The notes under the pieces: generated by a model
Databases searched by the model: none
What the model was told of the DNA's origin: nothing
Seen by the model: only the letters and a program-made list of their open reading frames with translations
DNA from: an uncultured Streptococcus sp.
GTDB lineage: Bacteria; Bacillota; Bacilli; Lactobacillales; Streptococcaceae
Assembly (NCBI GenBank): GCA_963533485.1
Contig: CAUSPE010000005.1
Span: forward strand, 2,509 to 66,508
Length of the DNA: 64,000 nucleotides
Direction of reading: 5' to 3'
Shown here: positions 1 through 15,751 of the stretch, piece by piece
Layout of the letters: each line of letters opens with the position of its first letter
Position numbering within the stretch: position 1 is the first letter of the stretch
Position numbers and translations under genes: made by a program

Positions 1-4967
<4,967 letters not shown>

Positions 4968-4986
4968 CTAAATCCTTTCATTTTCC

Positions 4987-5000
4987 AGTAAGCGTTTACA
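4987..5000 (-). promoter_or_regulatory. cre site (CcpA) in the GH101 gene leader
   Basis: Minus strand TGTAAACGCTTACT versus consensus TGWAANCGNTNWCA (1 mismatch). Confidence 0.7.
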
Positions 5001-5076
5001 TTTCTTTTTTAAAAAATACTCCTTTCTCTGAAAGTGCTCTGCTTAACTGTTATAAATAAAAAATAATTGTACTTTT

Positions 5077-5105
5077 AATATAACAAATAAAAAGCCAGAA
5101 AGCAA
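5077..5105 (-). promoter_or_regulatory. Putative sigma-A promoter of the GH101 gene
   Basis: TTGCTT-17 nt-TATATT with TG extension. Confidence 0.5.
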
Positions 5106-5187
5106 TAGGAAATAGGTAAAATTCACTAAAATTTTCTCTTTTCTGAAAAATCCTACCTCTAATCATTCAGGACCTTATACCACAGAT

Positions 5188-5227
5188 AAAAAAGGACTTA
5201 ACCATCATGTCGATGGCTAAATCCTTT
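5188..5227 (-). terminator. Intrinsic terminator of aliA
   Basis: AAAGGATTTAGCCATC-loop-GATGGTTAAGTCCTTTTTT on the minus strand just after the aliA stop. Confidence 0.75.
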
Positions 5228-5239
5228 ACTTTTTTAAAG

Positions 5240-7222
5240 TTATTTCACATGGTTTGCGAGATCTTCTTGAGCCTTTTTATTTGACTCTTCTTTTTCTTTC
5301 AACCATTTTTCTTGAGCCTTTTGGTATTCTTCTGTTGTCACTGCCTTATCTTGTACTTCTAGATATTTGTACAAAAGGGCTTCGCTCATACCCTTGTTAC
5401 CAGAGTATGCAAATGGAAGTGTAAATGGAACCATCTTAGACAACATTGGACGACCAGTTTGAGAAGTTGTTGGGATGAGCAAGGCACTGTCTGTCAACCA
5501 AGCTTGGGCAGCAGCATATTTTTCATAACGTTTTGAAACGTCAGTAGTTTCTTCCCCAGCTTCCACAACCATTTTTTCGTAATCTTCTAAACCAACTTGC
5601 TTAGCCGCAGCGTTGTTTGTTCCTGAGTCAAATCCTAGGTAAGTCTTTGTATTTTCCCCTACAGATGGTTTGATAATATCAAGATAAGTAGATGGATCGA
5701 TATAGTCTGGAGACCAACCCACGTTATCTGAGATATCCCAGTCTTCCCCAGCCGCAGTTTCAGCGAAGTAGGTAATGTTTTGAACATCATCTTTTTGGAG
5801 CTGTTGGATATCGATAACCACATTATCTGATCCTAGATTTTCTTCAACTGACTGTTTAAAAGATTGAACACGTTGAACTTTTGTTGTATTAGTTTGGTCT
5901 ACAGGCATGTCCAAGTGGATTGGGAATTTCACACCTTCCGCTTGAAGAGCTGCCTTAGCTTTAGCGAATTCTGCTTTGGCTTTGTCAGGATTGTAGAGGC
6001 CATCTTGGGCATCATCCAAGTTTACGTTGCTCCACTCATCTCCATAGGTCACCAATTTTTCCTTAACTAATTCCCCAAAGCTTTTACCATCTGCCTGTAC
6101 AAATGTAGGAGGAACAAATAAGTTACGAAGCAGTTTAGTAGCTCCACTTGCACCATTTACTTGAGAAGCGTAGGCTGTTCTGTCAAAACCAAATGCAATA
6201 GCTTGACGGAAATCCTTATTCAAAAGTGCTTTCTTGGTTGATGTTTTTTCCTCATCTGTTGTCTTAGAAGTGTACTTATAAGACTGACGATCGATATTTG
6301 TTCCTACTAAATAAGTAGTAGAATCTTGTTGGGTATAAACGATATTGTCTTTGAATGTTTTTTCAGTCTCTGAGTAACTAGCACTTGTTGGGAAGAGGCG
6401 AGCCATTGTAAAGCTACCGTCTTTGAAAGCTTCAGTTGGCTTATTGGTATCTTGACCATCCCAGAAGGATAATTTCACTTTGTCAAGATGAACATTGTCT
6501 TTGTCCCAATAGTTTGGATTCTTTTCGAACTCGACTGATGATTTGGCTACGATTGATTTGAGTAAGAATGGTCCATTATAGAGAATGCTGCTTGGATCCG
6601 TACCTTTAGCAAAGTCATCCCCTTTAGAGTTCAAAAATTCTTCATTAACAGGAGCCAGAACACCCATTGTTGTCTTAGAATTCCAGAAACTTTCTGGCTT
6701 GTTCAATGTGTATTGAACGGTATAATCATCAAGAGCTTTGATTCCTACTTGAGAGAAGTCTGTAATTTCTCCTTTGACGTAAGCATCCAATCCCTTGATA
6801 GATTCCTGAACCAGGTAAAGACCATCTGATTTCTTATCAGCAGCATACTTAAGACCAGTTACAAAGTCTTGAGCTTTAACTTCTGCATACTCCTCACCTT
6901 CAGATGTATACCATTTTGCATCCTTACGGAGTGTATACGTGTAAGTCAATCCATCCTTAGATACAGACCAATCCTCAGCCATAGATGGTACAAAGTTACC
7001 ATAGCGGTCATTTTCAAGTAAGCCATCGATAACGTTGCTCGTAATATTCGCTGTAGCTGCCTTACCAGTTGTCAAATAGTTTAGGTTATCAGGATCCGTT
7101 TCGTAAATGTATGAGAATGTTTTCTCGCCTTTAGCATTTGAACTTGATCCAGAGCAGGCAGCAAGAGTCGCAGCTGCCAATAACGTCACACCCGCAAGGG
7201 CAAGTAGTTTTGAACTTTTCAT
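5240..7222 (-). CDS. aliA: Oligopeptide ABC transporter substrate-binding lipoprotein AliA (660 aa)
   Basis: Start moved to MKSSKLLALAG (AGGAG RBS). Lipobox LAAC, SBP family 5 sequence, canonical position at the 3' flank of the cps locus. Confidence 0.92.
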   Translation of the reverse strand: MKSSKLLALAGVTLLAAATLAACSGSSSNAKGEKTFSYIYETDPDNLNYLTTGKAATANITSNVIDGLLENDRYGNFVPSMAEDWSVSKDGLTYTYTLRKDAKWYTSEGEEYAEVKAQDFVTGLKYAADKKSDGLYLVQESIKGLDAYVKGEITDFSQVGIKALDDYTVQYTLNKPESFWNSKTTMGVLAPVNEEFLNSKGDDFAKGTDPSSILYNGPFLLKSIVAKSSVEFEKNPNYWDKDNVHLDKVKLSFWDGQDTNKPTEAFKDGSFTMARLFPTSASYSETEKTFKDNIVYTQQDSTTYLVGTNIDRQSYKYTSKTTDEEKTSTKKALLNKDFRQAIAFGFDRTAYASQVNGASGATKLLRNLFVPPTFVQADGKSFGELVKEKLVTYGDEWSNVNLDDAQDGLYNPDKAKAEFAKAKAALQAEGVKFPIHLDMPVDQTNTTKVQRVQSFKQSVEENLGSDNVVIDIQQLQKDDVQNITYFAETAAGEDWDISDNVGWSPDYIDPSTYLDIIKPSVGENTKTYLGFDSGTNNAAAKQVGLEDYEKMVVEAGEETTDVSKRYEKYAAAQAWLTDSALLIPTTSQTGRPMLSKMVPFTLPFAYSGNKGMSEALLYKYLEVQDKAVTTEEYQKAQEKWLKEKEESNKKAQEDLANHVK

Positions 7223-7249
7223 TGTTTTCTCCTTTAAAACTTTCACCCC

Positions 7250-7296
7250 ATTATAGTCCCTTTTCAGAAACATGTCAATAAAATTTTCAGAATTTT
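7250..7296 (-). promoter_or_regulatory. aliA promoter with upstream CodY box
   Basis: Perfect TTGACA (7278-7273)-17-TATAAT (7255-7250). AATTTTCAGAATTTT at 7282-7296 has 2 mismatches to AATTTTCWGAAAATT. Confidence 0.8.
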
Positions 7297-7459
7297 TGAA
7301 TTACTTTAGTAAATTCTGAAAAATAAGTTTTCTATTATAAAATTATTATTCTCTAATACTATATTTTTATATCTTAAACCAGCAAAACAAGGACCGAAAA
7401 TCAGATTTTTTATCATTTTTTTGCTATGATTAGATAGAAGAAAAGTTAAGGAGAAGACA

Positions 7460-8314
7460 ATGATATTAATTACAGGTGCAAATGGTCAACTCGGTACCGA
7501 ACTACGTTATTTACTAGATGAACGAAATGTGGACTATGTTGCAGTAGATGTGGCCGAAATGGATATCACGAATGCTGAAATGGTTGAGAAGGTATTTGCT
7601 GAAGTCAAGCCAACTCTGGTCTATCATTGTGCAGCCTACACTGCTGTTGATGCTGCAGAAGACGAGGGGAAAGAACTGGATTTTGCCATCAACGTAACTG
7701 GAACTGAAAATGTAGCCAAGGTCTCTGAGAAATACGGAGCTACTCTGGTCTATATCTCGACAGACTACGTCTTTGATGGGAAGAAACCCGTCGGACAAGA
7801 GTGGGAAGTCGATGACCTACCTGATCCGCAAACAGAGTACGGGCGTACCAAGCGAATGGGTGAAGAACTCGTTGAAAATCTTACATCACAACATTATATC
7901 ATCCGTACTGCTTGGGTCTTTGGAAATTATGGCAAAAACTTTGTCTTTACCATGCAAAATCTTGCCAAAACCCATAAAACTCTCACTGTAGTTAACGACC
8001 AACACGGTCGCCCAACCTGGACACGTACCTTGGCTGAGTTCATGACCTACCTGACTGATAATCAAAAAGAGTATGGCTACTACCACTTATCAAATGACTC
8101 CACTGAAGACACCACTTGGTATGACTTCGCTGTCGAGATTCTTAAAGACAGTGATGTTGAAGTGATTCCAGTAGACTCCAGCAAGTTTCCTGCAAAGGCC
8201 AAACGTCCCCTCAACTCAACCATGAGTTTGGTCAAAGCGAAGGCGACAGGTTTCGTCATTCCAACCTGGCAAGATGCCCTTAAAGAGTTTTATAAACAAG
8301 AAGTAAGAAAATAA
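7460..8314 (+). CDS. rmlD: dTDP-4-dehydrorhamnose reductase, oriented opposite to rmlACB
   Basis: ITGANGQLG NADP-binding motif, YISTDYVFDG, YGRTK. Own extended -10 TGCTATGAT at 7422-7430. Confidence 0.96.
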   Translation: MILITGANGQLGTELRYLLDERNVDYVAVDVAEMDITNAEMVEKVFAEVKPTLVYHCAAYTAVDAAEDEGKELDFAINVTGTENVAKVSEKYGATLVYISTDYVFDGKKPVGQEWEVDDLPDPQTEYGRTKRMGEELVENLTSQHYIIRTAWVFGNYGKNFVFTMQNLAKTHKTLTVVNDQHGRPTWTRTLAEFMTYLTDNQKEYGYYHLSNDSTEDTTWYDFAVEILKDSDVEVIPVDSSKFPAKAKRPLNSTMSLVKAKATGFVIPTWQDALKEFYKQEVRK

Positions 8315-8331
8315 CAGATTACGACATACAT

Positions 8332-8365
8332 AAAAAGCAAGAGAACTCAAAGTCTCTTGCTTTTT
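8332..8365. terminator. Bidirectional terminator between convergent rmlD and rmlB
   Basis: AAAAAGCAAGAGA-8 nt-TCTCTTGCTTTTT. Confidence 0.85.
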
Positions 8366-8374
8366 AGTATCTGA

Positions 8375-9430
<1,056 letters not shown>

Positions 9431-9439
9431 TTAACTTTT

Positions 9440-10033
9440 TTACAAATCTTCTTTTCTTAATGGTTTGACATCCTTTAGCAGTGGATGATGTTTATCTGCT
9501 TCTGAGACTTCTGCTTCTGCTAGGTTTTCCCACTCGATTCCCAAGGCTGGGTCTGCATAGTTGACAAAGGCATATTTAGGCTTGAGTTCAAGTGCCCAGT
9601 AGTCATTGACCAGATAGCTATAAGAAACTGTATCCGAGAGTACTTGGAAACCATTGGCTACGCCACGAGGGACAAAGATTCCCTTACTTGCATCAATCTC
9701 GGTCTGATAAACGTTTCCAAAAGTCTCACCTTCACGTAGGTCAACCCAAGAACCCAGAACTTTCCCATTGTCTGCTACTGAGATATACTTGTCCCAAGGT
9801 TCAGCATGGAGGCCTCGGAGAACATTTTTGCGAGAAAAGCTGACATTATTTTGCAGTTTCCCTTCAGCAAAGAAGCTTTCAGGAAAACCAAGCGGTAGCA
9901 TCTTTTCTTTCTGAAAATTTTCCTTAAACCAGCCACGATTGTCTCCATGAACTGGAATGTCAAACTCTAACAAACCTGGAATGGCATCAATCTTACGCAC
10001 TGCAAGTGTTTTGCCGAAAAAATTATCTGTCAT
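9440..10033 (-). CDS. rmlC: dTDP-4-dehydrorhamnose 3,5-epimerase
   Basis: GDNRGWFKENF and LRGLH motifs; lies between rmlA and rmlB. Confidence 0.96.
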   Translation of the reverse strand: MTDNFFGKTLAVRKIDAIPGLLEFDIPVHGDNRGWFKENFQKEKMLPLGFPESFFAEGKLQNNVSFSRKNVLRGLHAEPWDKYISVADNGKVLGSWVDLREGETFGNVYQTEIDASKGIFVPRGVANGFQVLSDTVSYSYLVNDYWALELKPKYAFVNYADPALGIEWENLAEAEVSEADKHHPLLKDVKPLRKEDL

Positions 10034-10903
10034 CTAGATTTCTCCAATCAAACGGAGCAGGTATTGTCCGTATTCATTCTTCTTAAGAGGTTGCGCCAAT
10101 TCCAGTACATCTTCACGACTGATATAACCCATACGATAGGCAATTTCTTCCAGATTTGCAACCTGGAGATTTTGCATTCGTTGAACCGTTTCGATATATT
10201 GGGAAGCCTCTAACAAGCTCTCGTGTGTCCCAGTATCCAACCAGGCAAAACCACGTCCCATAACCTCAACAGACAAATCCCCACGCTTCAAATAAGCATT
10301 GTTGACATCTGTGATTTCCAACTCACCACGTGCGCTTGGTTTGATCTGTTTGGCAATCTCCACAACATCATTATCATAGAAATAAAGACCTGTCACTGCA
10401 TAGTTGGATCGAGGATTGTCTGGTTTTTCTTCTATGGAAATAGCATTCATGTCTGTATCAAACTCGACCACACCAAAACGCTCTGGATCCTTCACTTGGT
10501 AGCCAAAAACAGTCGCACCTTTCTCTTTCTGGGCTGCCTTTTGAAGCATTTTGCTCAAACCAGGCCCATGATAGATATTATCGCCTAAAATCAAGGCAAC
10601 ACTATCGTCGCCGATAAATTCTTCACCGATAAGAAAAGCCTGAGCAAGTCCATCGGGACTAGGCTGTTCCGCATAGGAAAGCTTGATCCCAAATTCGGAG
10701 CCATCCAAGAGCAGATCCTTAAAACGGGGTAAATCCTGTGGTGTTGAGATAATCAAAATGTCCTTAATCCCAGCCAACATCAAGGTTGACAAAGGATAGT
10801 AAATCATGGGTTTATCATAAACTGGCATCAGCTGTTTTGACGCAGCTCGAGTAAGTGGGTACAGGCGCGTTCCCGAACCACCCGCAAGAATAATACCTTT
10901 CAT
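10034..10903 (-). CDS. rmlA: Glucose-1-phosphate thymidylyltransferase
   Basis: [22 protein letters not shown] motifs. Confidence 0.97.
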   Translation of the reverse strand: MKGIILAGGSGTRLYPLTRAASKQLMPVYDKPMIYYPLSTLMLAGIKDILIISTPQDLPRFKDLLLDGSEFGIKLSYAEQPSPDGLAQAFLIGEEFIGDDSVALILGDNIYHGPGLSKMLQKAAQKEKGATVFGYQVKDPERFGVVEFDTDMNAISIEEKPDNPRSNYAVTGLYFYDNDVVEIAKQIKPSARGELEITDVNNAYLKRGDLSVEVMGRGFAWLDTGTHESLLEASQYIETVQRMQNLQVANLEEIAYRMGYISREDVLELAQPLKKNEYGQYLLRLIGEI

Positions 10904-10951
10904 AATGAAGTAACCTTTCTAACGAACTGATTAATGAGTAGCTTCAAATTC

Positions 10952-12004
10952 TTACTTCAATTTAGAAATAGCCGATTTCAGATAATCACCATTTCGAAGC
11001 GCTACTCCTACTTGTCTAGCATTAGCTGACAGTTTCATGTAATCTCGATCTGTCAAATCGTCTAGTGACTTTTGGAGGTCATGTAAAGAATCAACTGCTA
11101 GACCACACTGTTTATCCAGAACAAAATGTGCGAGAGCCGACTCTTTCCAAACCACCAGAGGAAAGCCCGAAGCCAAATAAAGAGAGGCCTTGTGCGAGTT
11201 GTTAAAGCGTAGGTAGTTTCCGTAAGAACCTTGGCAGGTTTCTGAGCTGTCTCCGTCCCAGACCAAACCAAAACTACCTTCAAGAGCAGCTGGAAGGTCA
11301 TCCGGCATAAAGGAACCAAAGTAGGTGGTGTTTTTCAATGCACGACTTTCATCATAGCCCACTCCATACAAGTTATAGGCTGGCTGGTCTGGCAAGTTAT
11401 AAAGATAACCTGACTTTGCAGGGTTCAAATTTCCAGCTACGATAATAGGCTGGTCTTTTTGGAGATTTGGTTTTTCAGCAAAGTTTGGAATCAGATAGTC
11501 AAAAATCTCCAAGCTAACCATTTTATCTGCTGGCACTCCTTGACCTACCAGAACTTTCTTCATGATATCGTTATGAACGATAATGCCATCCACTGACATC
11601 AAAGCTTTCTTCTCTTGGAAGTAATTTCGCACTTTATGACGGAATTTCACTTCCGAACCTGCTGCATGACGCAAGGTTTCAATATCATGGATCAAGAGAT
11701 AGAATTTTGCTCCTCTTTTTTGCGCCTGCTTAATGAGTTGTGAGATGAAAAATGTATGGTGGATAATCGGGAACTGAATCACCAATTCATCTCCAGCTCC
11801 CAACTGATCAAACACAGACTTGGTCGCACGGTATTTGTGTTGTTGAGCTTTAAAGAAATTCATCTTATACCAATTCTCAACCTTGAGCTCCAACCCCTCA
11901 TAACCCTCTGAGATTAGAATAGTTTCCACATCATTTCGTGCCTTACTCCCTGCATTCTTTTCGTGTGCATTATGCAGAAATGAATCTTTCAGATAATATT
12001 TCAC
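10952..12004 (-). CDS. Galactofuranosyltransferase, WefE/WcrH-like
   Basis: NAGSKAR, FGLVWDGDS and YLRFNNSHKASLYL motifs; directly after glf, as in RPS loci. Confidence 0.75.
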   Translation of the reverse strand: MKYYLKDSFLHNAHEKNAGSKARNDVETILISEGYEGLELKVENWYKMNFFKAQQHKYRATKSVFDQLGAGDELVIQFPIIHHTFFISQLIKQAQKRGAKFYLLIHDIETLRHAAGSEVKFRHKVRNYFQEKKALMSVDGIIVHNDIMKKVLVGQGVPADKMVSLEIFDYLIPNFAEKPNLQKDQPIIVAGNLNPAKSGYLYNLPDQPAYNLYGVGYDESRALKNTTYFGSFMPDDLPAALEGSFGLVWDGDSSETCQGSYGNYLRFNNSHKASLYLASGFPLVVWKESALAHFVLDKQCGLAVDSLHDLQKSLDDLTDRDYMKLSANARQVGVALRNGDYLKSAISKLK

Positions 12005-12031
12005 CTTTTCTCCCCTTTATCTGTGATGTTC

Positions 12032-13135
12032 TTAGATACTCCCTAGTTCTTCTTCTACCACATCCAATGCACGTTCAACAGTCACGTGCATATCATAGTA
12101 TTTATAATCTGCCAAGCGCCCACAGAAGATCACGCGCCCATTTTTCTCAGCTTCTGCTAGATACTGTTCATAGATTGCATTGTTTTTGGCATCATTGATT
12201 GGATAGTAAGGCTCATCTCCTCTTTTCCAATCTGCTGGATATTCTCGAGTAATAACGGTCTTGTCCTGAGTCCCAAACTCAAAATGTTTATGTTCAATAA
12301 TACGCGTATAGGGAATATCACGCTCAGTATAGTTGACTACAGCATTTCCTTGATAATTTTCTTGGTCCAGAATCTCATGCTCAAAACGGAGACTACGATA
12401 CTCTAGTTCACCAAACTTATAGTCAAAGAACTGGTCAATCATCCCTGTGAAGACAAGCTTAGTTGCTGAAGCCTCCAAGTTCTCCCGATTTGCAAAGAAA
12501 TCGGTATTGAGCTCTACTTCGATTCCTTCCAATAACTTTTCGATGATGACATTGTAACCACCAATTGGAATCCCTTGGTAACGGTCGTTGAAATAATTGT
12601 TATCATAGGTCAATCGAACTGGTAAACGCTTGATGATAAAGGGTGGTAGTTCAGTAGCAGAACGCCCCCATTGCTTTTCGGTGTAACCCTTGATTAGCTT
12701 TTCATAGACATCCATACCAATCAACTTAATGGCTTGTTCCTCTAAGTTTTTTGGCTCAACATCTTGCATGTGAGTCGTCTGCTCAGCAATCTTGTCCTTG
12801 ACTTCTTGAGGTGTCTTTGTTCCCCACAAGGCGTAGAAAGTGTTCATATTAAAAGGCAGATTGTAAAGATGCCCTTGATAGTTGGCGATAGGGGAATTGA
12901 TGTAATTGTTAAACTCTGCAAACTGATTGACATAGTCCCAGACCTTTTTATTAGATGTATGGAAGATATGAGCCCCATACTTGTGGACATTGATACCCTC
13001 AACATTTTCACAGTAGATATTCCCACCAATGTGTTCTCGTTTATCAATCACCTTCACTTTCTTGCCACGTTTGTTAGCTTCGTAGGCAAAGATTGCACCT
13101 GACAAGCCAGCACCGACAATCAAATAATCGTACAT
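12032..13135 (-). CDS. glf: UDP-galactopyranose mutase
   Basis: VGAGLSG FAD motif, HKYGAHIFHT, GRLADYKYYDM. Confidence 0.97.
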   Translation of the reverse strand: MYDYLIVGAGLSGAIFAYEANKRGKKVKVIDKREHIGGNIYCENVEGINVHKYGAHIFHTSNKKVWDYVNQFAEFNNYINSPIANYQGHLYNLPFNMNTFYALWGTKTPQEVKDKIAEQTTHMQDVEPKNLEEQAIKLIGMDVYEKLIKGYTEKQWGRSATELPPFIIKRLPVRLTYDNNYFNDRYQGIPIGGYNVIIEKLLEGIEVELNTDFFANRENLEASATKLVFTGMIDQFFDYKFGELEYRSLRFEHEILDQENYQGNAVVNYTERDIPYTRIIEHKHFEFGTQDKTVITREYPADWKRGDEPYYPINDAKNNAIYEQYLAEAEKNGRVIFCGRLADYKYYDMHVTVERALDVVEEELGSI

Positions 13136-13144
13136 AAAATCTCC

Positions 13145-14557
13145 TTATTTCTTTAAAACACTTTTTAGTTCTTGAAAATCCAAGACACGTAAGACCAAAA
13201 TCAAGCCACCGTAGACTAGGAAGCCAAGCAGAGAATAGATCAAGACATTCACAACAGACGAGAAGTGCATGAAAACTTGTACAGAATACAAGGCGCCGTA
13301 CATCAGGAGTGCTGCTAGAAGTATTTTCAACATAGATGGAAAGATCTTGACCTCTTTTAGGTACGAACGTGTAAAGTAGAGTTGAATCAGCCAGACCAAA
13401 CCTTCAGTCGCAACAGATACAATTGAAGCTCCAATATAGCCCAAAGGTGGAATTAAGAGGAGATTCAAGCCCACACTAAAAACAGCTGGAATCGTTGTTG
13501 ATAGCATAAATTCACGATTCTTATTGTGAGGAATCAAGATTTGAATTCCCATGATATTGGTCCAGCCAATAAAGAACATTCTAAAGGCCATGATGGCAAT
13601 CGCATAGCGAGCATCTTGGAAGTCTTGCCCCAGGAAAAAATTGACAAAATCTTTGTTAACAATCAAAATCCCCGCAATCATCGGAAAGATGACCAAGTTA
13701 TAAACCAGAAATGACATTTCATGTAGCTTGTTAACCGCCTTTTGATTGCCTGATGATAGGAGGTTGGATACCCGAGGCAACATGACACTACCTAGCGACG
13801 TTACCAAGGTCAACAAAATATTCAATAATTTCAAGGCTTGATCATAGATCCCGACATCCTTGGTCGAAGACAAGGCACCTAACATCGTGCGATCTAGCGT
13901 GATATAGAGCGAAATGGCAATCTGTGGCAGAAACAAGAGAATGACTGGTTTGATATGCTCTTTGGCATAGGCTATATCCAGATGCGGCTTGCGAATGTGT
14001 TCCCGAGCAGGAAGCCACATACTCAACTGACCTAGTAGATCATAGACAACCAAGAGGATGATATACAAGTACAAGTCAGATGGTTTCTTAACAAATAGGA
14101 ATATCGATACAACACCTAGAAGTTTGACCATTGTGTTACGAGCTGTGATTTTTTTGAAATCTTCTAACCCTTGAAAAAGCCAAGAAATATCAAAACCACG
14201 AGACAGCAAACTAAAGCCAAGTATATAGGCAATTGGATTGTTCATCGACGGCACAAGCAAGCAAACAACTATATAAAGCGTAACCGCCAAACAGGTTGAA
14301 AGGACTTGTAAACTATAAATACCCCAGAAGGTCTTTTCAACTTCCTTACGATGGCCGGAAATTTCCTTGGTCCCATAATTTGCTACTCCCAGCGTCGCTA
14401 GTAGGATAAAATAAGTCACGATAGAGTTATAATATCCGTAAGACCCCAAATCATCCGAAGAGAAAACTCGGGTGATATAGGGAGTTGTAATCACTGGTAG
14501 GACGATGACAAGTAACTGATAGGACAGATTGTACAAGTAATTTTTTAAAACTCTCAC
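13145..14557 (-). CDS. wzx: Repeat-unit flippase
   Basis: 470-aa polytopic membrane protein; KNYLYNLSYQLL N-terminus and SVMLPR motif typical of streptococcal Wzx. Confidence 0.9.
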   Translation of the reverse strand: MRVLKNYLYNLSYQLLVIVLPVITTPYITRVFSSDDLGSYGYYNSIVTYFILLATLGVANYGTKEISGHRKEVEKTFWGIYSLQVLSTCLAVTLYIVVCLLVPSMNNPIAYILGFSLLSRGFDISWLFQGLEDFKKITARNTMVKLLGVVSIFLFVKKPSDLYLYIILLVVYDLLGQLSMWLPAREHIRKPHLDIAYAKEHIKPVILLFLPQIAISLYITLDRTMLGALSSTKDVGIYDQALKLLNILLTLVTSLGSVMLPRVSNLLSSGNQKAVNKLHEMSFLVYNLVIFPMIAGILIVNKDFVNFFLGQDFQDARYAIAIMAFRMFFIGWTNIMGIQILIPHNKNREFMLSTTIPAVFSVGLNLLLIPPLGYIGASIVSVATEGLVWLIQLYFTRSYLKEVKIFPSMLKILLAALLMYGALYSVQVFMHFSSVVNVLIYSLLGFLVYGGLILVLRVLDFQELKSVLKK

Positions 14558-15720
14558 ACGGCTTCCCCCATCTCAGATTTTTCTCCTTCAAATTCCATCG
14601 CTGGGATGGTAGCAAAAAGAAGGAACATAAAAATATTGTATGATGGACGAACCCAGAAGGCCTCAAACATACAATTGACTGTTACTAAGGCCAGGCAGGT
14701 TAACAATAAATAGTTCTTCCTACGATAGAGAGTCCAAGACTGAACCATGTATAGGCATACCAACATAACAACTGGAATCAAACCGTAAGTAAATAACATT
14801 TGTACATAAGACGAATCTACATAGTCATAGTTCAAAACCGTTTCTGTCTTTCCTCCATATCCAACAAAGGAAATTCCACGAATTCCAAATAACTGTACGC
14901 CATATTTCTTAAGCGCTTCATGTCCCAAATACAATCGCATTCCGAAAAAGTTATTCAGAGAAACATATATTGGATGAGACCAACTAAACTTGTTGGATAG
15001 ATAAATCATGACCGAAGAAGCGATACCAGCCGAAAAAGGCAGTAGGGAAAATAAACGCCATTCAGTCTTGTTACGATAATAAAAGTATAGAAAAATTCCT
15101 GTTGCTGCTAAGATGGAGCCTGCATTTAAACGGGCATCACAATAATAAATAATAAAGGCCGCCAAGGCTACACCTGATAGGGTTCTCAGGAAGATAAACT
15201 TCTTTCTAAGGAGATAGGAAAGGGCAGTAAAGAGATAGAAACAATGAGAAGCAAAGTCGGTTGGATAGATAAAACCAAAAGAGTTACGTACAACCACTCC
15301 CACGGGGCGAGTTTGAACAAACTGTAAATTAGGAATAACATTGACTAACGATAGTAAAATAATAAACACTATAAAAGATAAACTCGTCCAAGTATAAATT
15401 TTAAGTATCGACTCTAAATCTGCTTTATAAAGAAAAACAATCAACAGCAAAAACATTAAACCATTTAAGTTTCCTGCCTTATAATAAACCATACTTCCAA
15501 CTAAAATGAGGGTAGGTGCAAATATTAAAAAACTCAAAGAATAGCTACGAATATATAAAAAACGCACAGCTAGTAACATGATTGCAAAGAAAGGAACAAA
15601 ATTAGGTATACTAGGTAATACAGGTGCTAACATTGAAGTGTTTATCATATCTATAGAAATTATCACAAATAAAACTGCTGTCACTAGCAATTTATCACGT
15701 TCTATCTTTAACATCTTCAT
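14554..15720 (-). CDS. wzy: Polysaccharide polymerase
   Basis: 388-aa highly hydrophobic protein with RNSFGFIYP and VDSSY motifs; directly upstream of wzx. Confidence 0.85.
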   Translation of the reverse strand: MKMLKIERDKLLVTAVLFVIISIDMINTSMLAPVLPSIPNFVPFFAIMLLAVRFLYIRSYSLSFLIFAPTLILVGSMVYYKAGNLNGLMFLLLIVFLYKADLESILKIYTWTSLSFIVFIILLSLVNVIPNLQFVQTRPVGVVVRNSFGFIYPTDFASHCFYLFTALSYLLRKKFIFLRTLSGVALAAFIIYYCDARLNAGSILAATGIFLYFYYRNKTEWRLFSLLPFSAGIASSVMIYLSNKFSWSHPIYVSLNNFFGMRLYLGHEALKKYGVQLFGIRGISFVGYGGKTETVLNYDYVDSSYVQMLFTYGLIPVVMLVCLYMVQSWTLYRRKNYLLLTCLALVTVNCMFEAFWVRPSYNIFMFLLFATIPAMEFEGEKSEMGEAV

Positions 15721-15751
15721 TTTCCTTTTCTAATTTCTGAACTTTTTTCAT

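Noticed and set aside
7223..7273. 17-aa N-terminal extension of AliA in the ORF track (similar extensions for aliC, the ABC ATPase, the second permease, the 53612 ORF and ilvB)
   Set aside because: The extensions overlap promoters or upstream genes. Downstream starts have proper RBSs and give normal N-termini.
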